Source: Macrostomum lignano (Eukaryota). From it: a DNA stretch of 64,000 bases. Under the pieces are notes generated by a model. The model worked only from the letters and a program-made list of their open reading frames with translations. It was not told the DNA's origin and ran no database searches. Of this stretch, positions 20,524-34,010 are shown one piece after another. Each line of letters begins with the position of its first letter. The stretch's first letter is position 1. Position numbers and translations under genes: made by a program. The stretch lies in the NCBI GenBank assembly GCA_002269645.1, contig NIVC01001392.1, positions 62,001-126,000 of the forward strand, written 5' to 3'.

Positions 20524-22362
20524 ATAACTAAGAGTTTTTGCAAGTGCTGTCTATGCATGAGATTTACGATTAAATGTTTTATTTTCTATGGAAAAATAAA
20601 GAAAATTGATGCATTCATTCCATTAAACTTTTATTCACCATCTTATTAATTCCGTTTTGTGACGAGATGTATGTATTTTACCTATGAGGAGTTTTCTTTT
20701 TTATAAAATTGCCAATTGCTCATTTTATTTAGGACAGTGTCTTGTGCCAGCTACTGACTGCTAGGGCGCCACGAATTACTTAAACTAATTGTTATTTATC
20801 TGCTTTCTGTCAATACCTAGATATTGCGAGTAACGAAAATATATCGTGAGTGGCGTTTGCAGTTGATTTAACAATGATCTTCTCTAATCTCCTGTAATAA
20901 ATGAATTGCAGTTTAATTTTTTTCTTTTACATTATTTTTAACTGATTAAGATGTAGAAAGACTTCCAGAAAGTTTTAAAGAAGATAAGGGAAATTTATGT
21001 TTATTCATAATTTACGTGACACAAATTTAGTATTTCAAAATGGATCAACGGAATTTGCTTGTTATGTACTTTTTGCGAGTCTTCCTGAGGTAGCTACTTG
21101 GTTCTATTTTTCATAGGATGAAGCAACCTCATCCTACGAGTGTAAATTCCTTCCAACGGTCCTCAGCGCACAAGTCATGCGACCTCTACTATCAATCAGC
21201 TGGTTGGCAACACCGGGGCAATCGATGATTACCTGACCTGCGCAAATCTTGCAGGCTAAAAAAAGAAGTTAGTTCACATTTTGTGTAGAAAGAAAAGCCT
21301 ATGTCAATTCGCTTGCAAGCCATTGCTATAAAAATTGCATATCGAGGTGACGAGATCCGTGTTTACTCTTGGCAAACTTGCACCGAGGCCGTGCAATCGA
21401 GGCCGGTGATTATTAATATTGTTTTTAGTCCACCCCTGACGCAATTGTCATTCGGGCAAATTGCTAATCAAACGATTTCTCTATGAAGCTTGCTGTTTCC
21501 CTAACGGGGCTTGTATGGTCTCTGCATACACTAATTTGCTAGCCGAAGCGTGCTTAGATAAACTGACTCTGGCCAGCGCGCGTTCACCTGCTTGATCCCG
21601 AGCTAAAAATCTATTTGAGGCTCTGCAGCTAATATCCTATAGAAGTTTTCACTGTGGCACAACAAACGCAATTTGCCTAAAAAAACCCCATACAAAACGC
21701 CATCAATGCAGCAGGCCTGAGCATGTGCGGTCTATTTGCTCACTAACATGCATACAAGACCTGTGTGTGTTAGCTTTGCGTGTATACTCTACAACTCCCG
21801 TATGCTATATAGAGAGTAAAGGCTTATACAGTGGACACCCTGCGGTGCTTGTGGTTACAGCTTCTTATTAATTTTCTGACGTCGACATCCCAAGCGGAGG
21901 AGCTGCAGGCCAGCTACCAGAAGATGGAGGGCCTCGCCCGTCAAGATCGATATATTCATGCGTTTAAAAGCTTACACGCCAAATCTGAAGCACTCTCTCC
22001 ACTTCTCTGTTCCTCTGTTTCTCAGCTCTCTTAAGTCTGGAACCAAGAAAAAATTAAGAAAGCATGCAAAGCCGGGCGCTTGAAATTCGATTATCTAATA
22101 TTACTACTATATGGACTAGGCTATAAACAACAGGGTCCATAATGCATTTTAAATTCGACCGCCTGTTTGTCGAAACATGTAGCTATATAAGAGCCGTAGC
22201 TAACTGCAGGCGTTGCATATTTCATTTAAACGCTCCGCCCTTGTCTGTAGCTTAGCTTAGCTTAGCGGAGTCGACGGGACTATTTTTGGACACGTTTATA
22301 TACATGTAGCTATGATAATTCAACCGCGCAGGATGTGCCACATGTGAGCTGCCGTCATTCTA

Positions 22363-23066
22363 CGAGGGTTGTCCCAGAAATAGCGGCAAAAACTGGTACA
22401 GAGGCTGATTGTGATATTCGAATTTGATGCAACTTGCGTCATAAGTAGAAAAAAATCCAACGGTTGTTTTGCTTTTTAAATGCGGTAAAAATGCCAATTC
22501 ATTAAAAAGTTATGCCTATAATTAGAACAAGGGGTAGGGGGTAGAGTTACACCAAGTCGAGGGGTCTGCAAAGTCGGTCACGCAGCATCGCCATCGCCCT
22601 TGACTGATGACTTTTCGACGAAGTCAACCCTCAGCCTGTAGCCTGCAGCTGTTCTGCTTCTGCTTCTGCTTCAGATTAGCTCCTGCTTTTTTCGAGGGCT
22701 TATGTGCTCTTTTGTTTCTCTTCAGCTTCTTTGTTTGCTTCTGTTTTCGAATCGATGGTTCTGACCATAGATATTATATAACTGTATAGTTATATACGAG
22801 CGTAGTTATATAGTATCTATGGTTCTGACTAAGCATCAAAAGTTTAGTCTATGGCCAGCATAGTAGGCTCGACTTGGTGTAACTCTACCCCCTACCCCTT
22901 GTTCTAATTATAGGCACAACTTTTTAATGAATTGACATTTTTACCTCATTTAAAAAGCAAAACAATCATTGGATTTTTTTCTACTTATGACGCAAGTTGC
23001 ATCAAATTTGAATATTACAGTCAGCTTCTATACCGGTTTTTCCCGCTATTTCTGGGACAAGCCTCG
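22363..23066. mobile_element. Tc1/mariner-like non-autonomous foldback element with ~199-bp TIRs
   Basis: 22363-22561 is the reverse complement of 22868-23066 with scattered substitutions. It starts TA|CGAGGG as in many mariner TIRs; the right flank is CA (possibly a mutated TA TSD). No transposase ORF. Confidence 0.8.
22766..22821. mobile_element. 56-bp hAT-type mini-MITE nested in the foldback element
   Basis: Ends CATAGATA...TATCTATG with near-perfect ~18-bp TIRs; perfect 8-bp direct flanks GTTCTGAC at 22758-22765 and 22822-22829. Confidence 0.75.
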
Positions 23067-24936
23067 CACTACTGTAAATTTGTATGTAGAAATCATGTAA
23101 ATATTCTACATGTGTACTCGTCCGATATAAAAAACAGGTGTTCAAGTATGATTAGATGCACACATGGCTATATATGAAGCTCGCAAAGTCACGGACTTGT
23201 GCGGCTTTGTGAGCATCCTTCTCGTGCATTCACTTGCAATATTCTCGTCATTCGACACTGGGATAAACAATATTCGGTAGGAAAGTCATGCATTCATGAA
23301 CTGTGAAGACAAGAAAATTGCCCCCCTTGATCATGCACGCCTTTCTGCCTGAATTTACACATTCTCCACGGACTGCATTGAGGTGGAAGACTGGGAGATG
23401 GACCTGCTCATTGTGGAGCTTGAATGGTTGAGCAGATTGCCATCAGCCTGCACTGCAGTATCTTGAGCATTCATCTGCTTGCCTCATGAATTTCATCGGG
23501 CTCGGATCTGGCTCATTCCCTCTTCCTACACCGACCGGACCGCAATTTTATGATCTCAAGCAGACTCGAGTAGGGCTGGCTGTCGTATTCGACATGGGAC
23601 CCGCGGCGCCCGGGTGAATGAAAAGCATAAAAAAGCAGCGTTCGTGCTCTCTTGTTCCGCCGCCCGATCCCGGCCATTCTCGGACCGTCCCTTGCTTCCT
23701 CCCGACGGAAGGGGCTCTGTGAGCTGCACCCGATTTCATAATTCAGATGGCTGCATTGCAAGGCTATCAGATTGATTTTTATAACAATGCCATCTTTGTA
23801 GAATAAACTATCCCATGGGAGTTTGGTCCTGGATTTTCGATCGCAATATTTTTCTGATGCATAGTTCTTGGAGATTAATTAACAACAAAGGAATTACTTC
23901 TGGGAATGACGATTGCTTTAACACACCGATGTTCTTTTATGTGAGGCAATTTGGACTGTTCCACAGCTTTACCAGAGGGTTGAAGACCACTATAGAGGAC
24001 TTTGGCTGTGCCAGTAAGTATAAAGATGATGTTGTACTGGGCTGGACTCTGCTCCGATTGACTAAACTCTCAAACCTAGCAAGTAAGAAAACGCTCTAAG
24101 GTAAGTCCAATATGCGCGTTGCACCCTGTGTCATCTGCCAAACAGACCACTTTTTACTGGCTTAGTCTCCCAATCAGAGGCTCTGAATTTATCAATCTGA
24201 AAAAATATCAGCCAGTTTTTTTCAGACAGACTAAAACTCGAACGTGTGCAGCCCCTGCCAGTGCCTGCAGCTACTCGTATATAATCTGTGGCATTGGCTT
24301 CCATCCTCATTCCTGCTGCAGCAGCAACTTCGGGCTTTCGTCAACTGGATACAAAAACTCCCACTGTATGCGTCCACGGCGAGGCCCTTCGGGGCATGTC
24401 AATCATTCTGCACTGCAGACCACTACAATGCCCATGCAGTATTCTCCCGTAGCTACGAGTAAGTAATTGAAGTAGAAAATAGGGATGCTCCTTTTGTTAC
24501 CATTTAGCTAGTTGAATTGATTTTTTTTATTGATAGTTATGTATTTCTGCATTAAATGAACCTGCGTGAGCAAAAAAATTAGAATTAGACTTTTTCAAAA
24601 CACAATATGATTTTACAACTTGCTGCTTCCACTTCACTGCAGTTTTGCCATTAGCTTTAGCCAGTTGTCCGTGACACACCAACTCAGTTGAGTACCGTAC
24701 AGGCATCAAACCGTCACCGAGAGCCAATCAAGCCGCTGTTTCGCCTGCCATTGGCCGTCTAGGGCTAGGCTTCCAAACTATCCGCGTATAGTCTTGCTAC
24801 CTCTCTTCCCGTTTTTAAAATATCCCCACTGCCCACCCGACGCCAGCATTCCCTCTCGCGGACTTCTAATCCATTTCCTTCGCGATCGCGCCATACAGAG
24901 AATCACCAGAACCGAAGAGCTGCCGGCCTCTGTTGA

Positions 24937-26934
24937 ATGAAACGCAGAAGTCGACAGGACGCGGAACTCGCTGTCGCAATTGCAGCGCCCGACAGTGCGG
25001 CAATGAACAGCGCCGTAACTCTCCCGCTGCACAAGTACACCGTCCAGACCAATAATCGGGCCGTCGAGGCCGACGCTGACCCCACGGATGCCGACGCGGA
25101 AGCCTCTGCTGTAGCTTCTTTTGGAGCGGCGACTGCCGGGCAGTCGGACTTGGCCCCAGTCCGCAGCGCCCTGCACCGCCAGTTCATCTGCTTCTGCGAG
25201 AACACCACTATCCGAGGAATTCCGCGCATCATCAAATCGGAGAGCCGGCGCATCCGGTTGCTCTGGATCTTCTTCGTGGTAGCCCTGTTCGTCGCTTGCA
25301 TCCTCTGTCTGTCCTTCTTGACGCTGCAGTTCATCGAGTACGACGTGATGCACCCGCCCAGGGTGTTGAAGGACTACAGCTCGCCGTTTCCCTCCGTAAC
25401 GCTCTGCAATATGCGACCGCTGTCCTCTGAGGGCCGGCAGCAGCTGAGCCAGCAGGGCTGGAAATATCCGCGCGACTTCTCCGAATCGTTGGAACTGTTC
25501 GCCAGGAACCTATACTTCTATAACGAGTCAACGAAGTACGTTTACTACAACTTCTCCGGCTCGATGGGTTTCCCAGCCTACCTGGAGAGCCTGCCAAGAA
25601 GCGCCAGCCGCGACATCGGGCACACTCTCCAGGATTTTATTCTCGACTGTCGGGCGGTCATCCGGAACGGCAGTGCCCGCAACCTGAAATTCTGCAGTCC
25701 CGAGTACGTCTGGGGCGGCAAAGGCTCCGACATGTTCGCCGGTAACTTTCACGCCTTCCTGCACGGAAACTACATGAATTGCTACACCTTGGACTTGCAC
25801 GAGGAGTTGAGGGACAACACCACCATGGTAGAGATGGCCGTCTACCTAGACAACGAATGGAACCTCGACAATTTCAACTGCGTAGACTGTTACACCATGG
25901 ACATCAGCACGCAGCTGTCTGGAGCCGTGCTCACCATCCACTCGGGCGACACCTACCCGGACGTGAATCACGAGGCCATCCACCTGAAAGCTGGCTCCCT
26001 GACCGAGGTGAAGCTCAAACACGTGTTGAACGTTCAGAAGCAGGCGCCCTACGGCCGGTGCTCGCAGGACACGCAGAGGAACCTTAACCTATTCGGTCGG
26101 GAGTACAAATACAGCGAGGACGCCTGCCGACAGGCCACAATCCAGCGGGACATTCTCAATACCTGCGGCTGCCAGGCCATCGAGTATCCGCTGGTGCGCG
26201 AATCGAATTTCACCTACTGCACCGGCCTGGAGGAGTTTCTGCGCAGCGACGGCTGCAACTGGGCCACGGCCGAGAACGATCAGAAACGGCTGGCCGACTG
26301 CAGTGCCACCCTGCAGAAAGTCTACGGCTATATCCGCTGCAAGAATGACGTCATTTCCAAGTACTCCAAGGACGTGGTGGAGAGCTGCACGCTGCCCTGC
26401 TCGTTTTACAGCTACCAGACCGAGCGGTCGACATCCGACTGGCCGACCAGGTCGTTCCAGCTGCGCCTGCTCAACAGCCGGGTCTACAGCCGCCTGCTGA
26501 ACAGGAAGGAGATGAAGGCCTACAGGAAGGCTATAGAAAAGCTGAATAATAACGGCAGCATCCAGGAGGCCTACGAGATGCTGAAGCACGAGAACCTGCT
26601 GGAACGGAACCTGCTGTCTATCCAGCTGATCCGGCCGAACTTCGATCTGCACAAGGTTGAGGAAAAAGAGGTCCTGTCTCTGACCTCCTTCCTGAGCCAG
26701 ATTGGCGGCTTGTTCTCTATATTCGTCGGCCTGACAATGATCTCCGTGGTAGAGCTAATCGACTTTTTCATCCACTGCTACGAAATTTGCACCAGGCAGA
26801 GCCGCGGCGTTGGCAGAGCCTCCGCCGTCAGGAGGTGCGATGGAGCGGCCAGCCGCTCGGAGGCGGACGTCCTGCTGCCGGCTGTGGCCGCCGGGCCGCG
26901 ACCGCATCAGAAGCTGCCGAATGCTGACAGCTGA
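24937..26934 (+). CDS. DEG/ENaC (amiloride-sensitive sodium channel family) subunit, 665 aa, intronless
   Basis: Continuous ORF with FCENTT-x-RG pre-TM1, hydrophobic TM1, FPSVTLCN, NCYT, GAVLTIH, PYGRC, a Cys-rich thumb (YSEDAC...CGC...C..PC), and TM2 FLSQIGGLFSIFVGLTMISVVELIDF. Confidence 0.95.
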   Translation: MKRRSRQDAELAVAIAAPDSAAMNSAVTLPLHKYTVQTNNRAVEADADPTDADAEASAVASFGAATAGQSDLAPVRSALHRQFICFCENTTIRGIPRIIKSESRRIRLLWIFFVVALFVACILCLSFLTLQFIEYDVMHPPRVLKDYSSPFPSVTLCNMRPLSSEGRQQLSQQGWKYPRDFSESLELFARNLYFYNESTKYVYYNFSGSMGFPAYLESLPRSASRDIGHTLQDFILDCRAVIRNGSARNLKFCSPEYVWGGKGSDMFAGNFHAFLHGNYMNCYTLDLHEELRDNTTMVEMAVYLDNEWNLDNFNCVDCYTMDISTQLSGAVLTIHSGDTYPDVNHEAIHLKAGSLTEVKLKHVLNVQKQAPYGRCSQDTQRNLNLFGREYKYSEDACRQATIQRDILNTCGCQAIEYPLVRESNFTYCTGLEEFLRSDGCNWATAENDQKRLADCSATLQKVYGYIRCKNDVISKYSKDVVESCTLPCSFYSYQTERSTSDWPTRSFQLRLLNSRVYSRLLNRKEMKAYRKAIEKLNNNGSIQEAYEMLKHENLLERNLLSIQLIRPNFDLHKVEEKEVLSLTSFLSQIGGLFSIFVGLTMISVVELIDFFIHCYEICTRQSRGVGRASAVRRCDGAASRSEADVLLPAVAAGPRPHQKLPNADS

Positions 26935-28039
26935 CGGGAAATCCGATTCACTCTTGGCGACTCTTGACTGGTTGAGCAGAGGATTGGGACTTTGAGATAC
27001 ATGGTGAAGGGTCGGCAAGGGCCTCAAAGGAGGAGTTTCTCTCGTCCGAGCATGCCGGACACTGGAAACATTTTCCAGTTTTTGCTGATAGATCCCGAAG
27101 GTCCTTCAATCTGCTGATAGAAAAGAAGTCCACCGGGACATTGGGTCAGTGAAAAGACAGTAGATGTACATTTATTCTCCCGCTGTTAGCTGTTGCTGTT
27201 GAGGACAGGCGGTTCCCCATCTCTAGATACTATAATTCAGTAATTCATTGTTGTAACTCACTGTTGCCATGGTTGCAGTATCCTCATTTTTGGTATGAAT
27301 CAAAATCAACTTTTTTGTGTTCGTGCTTATATAGTTTTTTGTCTGGTCTCTCTGGCTGTCTCTATGGAGGCCTCGCCTGTTTTAGCGTCGTCAAATATCT
27401 AGCTAGAAGAGCCGAGTCCGGCTGGCTGATGCAGTGCTGCTCTCTATAAAAATCAATCGATAGCTTATTAGCAGAAATAAAACCTGAGGAAGAAACTGAG
27501 CGATTCGGGAGCTTAGCATTGGACTCGAAGCTGTCTGTTTTTTTCGTTTTTACGCTACATATCGGTAACTGACCCTTCAGTTTATTTTGCTTGCTGGGGT
27601 GGGGGATTTGTGGACTGCTAGGCTTTCTCTCAAAATGCAGTTATTTAAATTCTAATACCTGAAATATTCAGAGTCGGCTATAAAAACCAATAAGGTTTTT
27701 TAACGAAAGCATGGAGTGGAATTGTTAGGTAGCTAATTAACTATGCGTTTAAAGGCTGCTGTCGCGAGCAATACCCAAAAAATGCTAGGAATAATAAATC
27801 AAAGCAACGAACCCATTCGCCGGGGGAGAGTAGAGGGGACGACAGAAAGAGAAAGCAACGATTTAATCCGTTTGCTTCATACTGAAGCAGCCAATTCCCA
27901 AATGACTTGCACTAATGGGGCGGATCTGAACGGGCCTTAGAAGTCGCCTCTGCTTTTTATCTGTTTCAATGCCTGCCTTTTTAATTTACTGAGGGTTGCC
28001 TTATTTTTTAGTAATTAATAAAAGAAGTAATGAGGCAGA

Positions 28040-28552
28040 AATGAGGGAGAGGTGAGGGAGAGGAGCGGGAGAGGTGAGGGAGAGATGAGGGAGAGGTGAG
28101 GGAGAGGTGAGGGAGAGGTGAGGGAGAGATGAGGGAGAGGTGAGGGAGAGGTGAGGGAGAGGTGAGGGAGAGGTGAGGGAGAGGTGAGGGAGAGGTGAGG
28201 GAGAGAAGCGGGAGAGGAGCGGGAGAGGTGAGGGAGAGGTGAGGGAGAGGTGAAGGAGAGGTGAGGGAGAGGTGAGGGAGAGGTGAGGGAGAGGAGCGGG
28301 AGAGATGAGGGAGAGGTGAGGGAGAGGTGAGGGAGAGGTGAGGGAGAGGAGCGGGAGAGGTGAGGGAGAGGTGAGGGAGAGGTGAGGGAGAGGTGAGGGA
28401 GAGGTGAGGGAGAGGTGAGGGAGAGGTGAGGGAGAGGAGCGGGAGAGGTGAGGGAGAGGTGAGGGAGAGGTGAGGGAGAGGTGAGGGAGAGGAGCGGGAG
28501 AGGTGAGGGAGAGGTGAGGGAGAGGTGAGGGAGAGGTGAAGGAGAGGTAGGA
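28040..28552. repeat. 11-bp purine-rich minisatellite (GAGGGAGAGGT)n
   Basis: Direct repeats with occasional GAGCGG/GATG variants. Confidence 0.97.
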
Positions 28553-29525
28553 GATAATTGACGGACATGATAGGCATTGGAGTAGACTAAGGAAACAGAT
28601 GGAGAAGACGGAAAGAGGCTATTAGGAGACAGGCCGGTGAGGCAGTGGCAAGAGAAGCTGCTAGCAGCGACCGCCGGTTCAGCGTCAGACGTGCTGAATT
28701 CGCCGCTGCCAGCTCGGCAATGTCTGGCAAACTGCTGCTTGAGCAGCTCGGCAGTTTGACTAATCCAGCAGCAGCTCTCCCCAACCAGCATAGGGATTTC
28801 GTGGGTATCGGGGAAGAGGACTGCTGCCCCCCCCCAGGTCCAACCCCCCACCACTGAGATCCCTTCCCCAATCCCCGGCCTAGAATCCACGCGCACAGAG
28901 AGATCAATGCTGCACCTCGCTGGCCGAATCCCAGAGGACTGTGGGGCAATCAATTTGTTGTAAAACAGGACTGTCCGGGATATACTTGTGCGCGCGGAGT
29001 TATCCCAGGAAAATCCTGCAGCCAGATAATAGTGGAAACAGAGAGGCGAACGACAATCTGAACTGTGGAAGGCTCGGAGACAAACGACGGCATAAATTGT
29101 AGATTTTATTGCAATCGCAGTTGTGTGCAGGAGGGCCTGCTCAGGCAAAGTGGATTTTATAATTACTGCTCAAGCGGCTTGGCTTGGCTGCTGAAAAGTG
29201 ATTTTTTATTATTCGGCGACACGGCAGTTTTATTAGCTTAGCTGTGGCCAAATGCTGTCCTGATGGGGTCTGTGACAGTGGCCTCGCTTGTCCGGTCGGC
29301 TGGACTGTAAAATTGCTTAATTGAGTCTGTAAGCCTGACCCTCGGTGGAGGGCTTAATGAATGACCAGAAGTGGTAAACGAGTTACAGCAGCATTTATAA
29401 TGTAGAGAAAACAAAGCGATTAATAAAATAACCGATGTGAGATAAAAATAACCGATTTTTTTCCAAATAGAATCTGTGAGAACAATGAGCACGAGGGAGC
29501 GAGGACAATGGAAAAGATGCAAAGG

Positions 29526-29528
<3 letters not shown>

Positions 29529-29575
<47 letters not shown>

Positions 29576-30465
29576 ATTGAGGGAGACAAGAGAGAGGAGA
29601 GAGAATTGAGGGAGACAAGAGAGAGGAGAGAGAATTGAGGGAGACAAGAGAGAGGAGAGAGAATTGAGGGAGACAAGAGAGAAGAGAGAGAATTGAGGGA
29701 GACAAGAGAGAGGAGAGAGAATTGAGGGAGACAAGAGAGAGGAGAGAGAATTGAGGGAGACAAGAGAGAGGAGAGAGAATTGAGGGAGACAAGAGAGAAG
29801 AGAGAGAATTGAGGGAGACAAGAGAGAAGAGAGAGAATTGAGGGAGACAAGAGAGAGGAGAGAGAATTAAGGGAGACAAGAGAGAGAATTGAGGGAGACA
29901 AGAGAGAGGAGAGAGAATTGAGGGAGACAAGAGAGAGGAGAGAGAATTGAGGGAGACAAGAGAGAGGAGAGAGAATTGAGGGAGACAAGAGAGAGGAGAG
30001 AGAATTGAGGGAGACAAGAGAGAAGAGAGAGAATTGAGGGAGACAAGAGAGAGGAGAGAGAATTGAGGGAGACAAGAGAGAGAATTGAGGGAGACAAGAG
30101 AGAGGAGAGAGAATTGAGGGAGACAAGAGAGAGAATTGAGGGAGACAAGAGAGAGGAGAGAGAATTGAGGGAGACAAGAGAGAAGAGAGAGAATTGAGGG
30201 AGACAAGAGAGAGGAGAGAGAATTGAGGGAGACAAGAGAGAGAATTGAGGGAGACAAGAGAGAGGAGAGAGAATTGAGGGAGACAAGAGAGAGGAGAGAG
30301 AATTGAGGGAGACAAGAGAGAGGAGAGAGAATTGAGGGAGACAAGAGAGAGGAGAGAGAATTGAGGGAGACAAGAGAGAAGAGAGAGAATTGAGGGAGAC
30401 AAGAGAGAAGAGAGAGAATTGAGGGAGACAAGAGAGAGGAGAGAGAATTGAGGGAGACAAGAGAG
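29529..30465. repeat. (GA)n microsatellite followed by a 29-bp purine-rich minisatellite
   Basis: (GA)n at ~29529-29566, then GAGAGAATTGAGGGAGACAAGAGAGAGGA repeats with some 22-bp shortened units. Confidence 0.97.
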
Positions 30466-30954
30466 GGAGAGGATTATATTCCGGTTTTCCATTTCACGCG
30501 CCCAAACTTGTATCAAAGTCCATGAGCGCGAGAATTCGTCCAGTTTTGTAAAAGAATCCGGGAAATACGAGGTAAATGCGAATTCGGAAACCGGCACCGA
30601 TCCTGATTGAGGAAGATAAAATGCAGATGGGAGCCGAGGATTATCTGTGCTGGTGCAGCGTTTCCAAGCATCGAATTACTGTGTCTGTATAGATATTATT
30701 TATTTAATACTCCGAATCAGTGGAGATAAAAGAATCGGGGGAGGGGGGCCGAGGGTTCCAGTTGCTATGCAGACCGGCTTTTGGTAATAATCGAGCGTTT
30801 TTTATGGCTGTAATTCACCCGCGCGTGGGAAACTTGGCCGAAGAAATCGAATAAAGTTTCGGTTTTCTTTCCTAGAACAAATTGTGCTGGACTTGCTGCT
30901 TTTGCACTGGGAATCTGTTTATTTGTTCGGCCATTTCTGGCACGTTTTAACCTC

Positions 30955-31470
30955 ATCTAGCAATGTTTGTTTATCGTCTAGCAATGTTTGTTTCTTGTCT
31001 AGCAATGTTTGTTTAGCATCTGTTTATCGTCTTGCTATGTTTATTTCTTGTCTAGCAATGTTTGTTTAGCATCTGTTTATCGTCTTGCTATGTTTATTTC
31101 TTGTCTAGCAATGTTTGTTTAGCATCTGTTTATCGTCTTGCAATGTTTGTTTAGCATCTGCTTATCGTCTAGCAATGTTTGTTGATAGCATCATTTTAGC
31201 ATCTTGCAATGTTTGTTAAGCATCTGTTTATGAACTTTTTAGCATCTGTTTATAATCTGTTTAGCATCTGTTTATAGTGTGTTTAGCATCTGTTTATAAT
31301 CTGCTTAGCATCTCTTTACAATCTGTTTAGCTTTTGTTTATAATCTGTTTAGCTTTCGTTTATAGTCTGTTTATAGATTATATTATTATATTATATTATC
31401 TGTTTATAATCTGTTTAGCGTCTGTTTATAATTTGTTGAGTACTGATGTTGCACCTCTATAATCTGTTTA
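30955..31470. repeat. Degenerate AT-rich tandem repeat (TAGCAATGTTTGTT / TAGCATCTGTTTAT motifs)
   Basis: Recurrent ~14-18 bp motifs plus an exact ~55-bp duplication near 31005-31140. Confidence 0.8.
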
Positions 31471-32019
31471 GCATTGATTTACCATTGGTTTATCATCTAA
31501 ATGTATTTGATTTATTGTTTCTCTACCTCCAATATCTGACTTTCCTCTCTCCGCGGAAGAAAGTTAGTTTTTAAGTCGCAGTGAGTTCTCAACTTATATC
31601 CGTTTTCCCCATGGCCACAGTTATATGCATATATCGATTTAATACAACGGGCCAAACCCGTGAACAGGTTCGAGGCTGGCTGTTGATGGAGGCGAGAGAA
31701 CGGGGAATAAGTTCAGGAAAACTGCCGGTCAGTTGCGGATGCAACTTAATCTGTCAATAAAAATGCTTTGTATCAGGAGAAATAGAAGACTTTTGCAAGA
31801 GGAGGACTGATTGACTATGACGGAAGCCCGGGCGCTGTCATCGTTGCTGTCCTGATTGGACCTGAAATGAATTTCCAACAGTTGCCCATGATCTTTCAGG
31901 TATTGACAAAAAAGGGGCCATGCAGGGAAGAGGCTAAAGAGTTCGAGTCGCATTCAGCAAGGCTCGTTAGGCCTGTCCGATTTGATTAAAATATACCAGG
32001 ACGGTCAAGACATGCATGC

Positions 32020-32904
32020 AAGCTCTTGCGTACAACGTGTGTACAACGTGCCAGAGGCAGCTGATTTCCGCCATCATGGCGCTGTATCATGGCACGAACG
32101 CTGCTGTGTTGACACCGGACGGCCTGTCGGAATTCTTTGAGACATCCTCTGGGGCGCTTCAGGGAGATACACGATTGCACCGATTGCACGATTCCTGGTG
32201 CTTGACTGGGTGCTGCGGACTGCTCTCCCTTCTAACGATGACGGCTTCCTGCTGCAGCGACGCGTGGGTCGACGCCAACCGAAAAAGCGGCTCAGCGTGC
32301 GGGGCTACGCCGACGATCTCGCCCTGCTGTCCTCGACCGTCGAGGGCGCCCAACGCCAGCTGGACCGGCTGGTGACCGTTGCGGTGAGTGTCGGCCTGGT
32401 ACGTCGTGCTCTGCTCGCCGGACGACATTGAGGCTGCAATTTTCTGCCGAGGCGCCGACCGGCAGGTGACGAAGCTTCCGTGCTGTCAGCAGTTCGTCTA
32501 CTTCGGAGGTCTGGTGACTGACGTTCGCGAGGGATGTCCTGCAGTCCGAGGCCCTGCCCGACAGCCAGAGGGCGGCGTTGTTCCAGGCGGTGATCAAGAC
32601 CGTCCTGTTGAAGAATGCCGAGACCGGGACGCTGACAGGTTCGCTCGAACAACAGGTCGATGCGGCGCACGCTGGCCTGCTGCGCGCCGCCTTCAAGATC
32701 GGCTACGAGCGAGTCACCAATGCGGCAACTCTATCGCCGCACCGGCCTGTCCCGTCCCAGCGAACTGTTGCGCCGTCGGTGACTCCAGCTGGTAGGCCTT
32801 TTCATCCGAGCCGAGTCGTACTGCCCACAGCCGGTGCAGGAGGTGCTGCTGCTGACGCTGCAGGCACCCTACCGGCGGGGCAGGCGCGTACTCTGCGTTT
32901 CGTC

Positions 32905-32907
<3 letters not shown>
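32020..32907 (+). mobile_element. 5'-truncated, frameshifted non-LTR retrotransposon RT fragment (RTE-like)
   Basis: Fragments across frames: LISAIMALY..T.A.V.TPDG.S.FF...SG.LQGDT, LDWVLR, GYADDLALLS, FVYFGG, FQAVIKTVLL.NAETGTLT. Clade assignment is inference. Confidence 0.85.
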
Positions 32908-33402
<495 letters not shown>

Positions 33403-33756
33403 CACGGATATGATGGCTGCCTGAAGTCCTTGGCATCCAGGTCAAGAGCGCGCCCTCGATGGCCCGAATTTCCAGTGCAGGTCCTCAGCTCGCAATCTTT
33501 GAAGAAGAAAGTCGGTAAGTACTGATTTTTTCAATATTCTTTTGCCACACATTAGCGGCAGTTCTTTGCTATCATACGAATTTCATCGAGCTATTAATTA
33601 TTCTATTTGGCTGAGGCAGTCTTCTATTCAATGCGCCGCTTATTCAAAAGGCTCGGCGAATGCAGTGAACAGCATACTGGATAAAATATATAAATATATT
33701 GCTAAAATCAAGCTGCAGGATCCAGCCTGTAGAGAGAAGAAGGAGAAGGGGGAATC

Positions 33757-34010
<254 letters not shown>

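Noticed and set aside
21110-24470. Scattered exon-like GC-richer patches (e.g. 21118-21260, 21895-21960, 23280-24080)
   Set aside because: They could not be joined into a stop-free model with consistent splice phases.
28008-30597. Long ORFs (189-400 aa) of LSP/SL repeats
   Set aside because: Artefacts of stop-free purine/pyrimidine minisatellites; no unique coding content.
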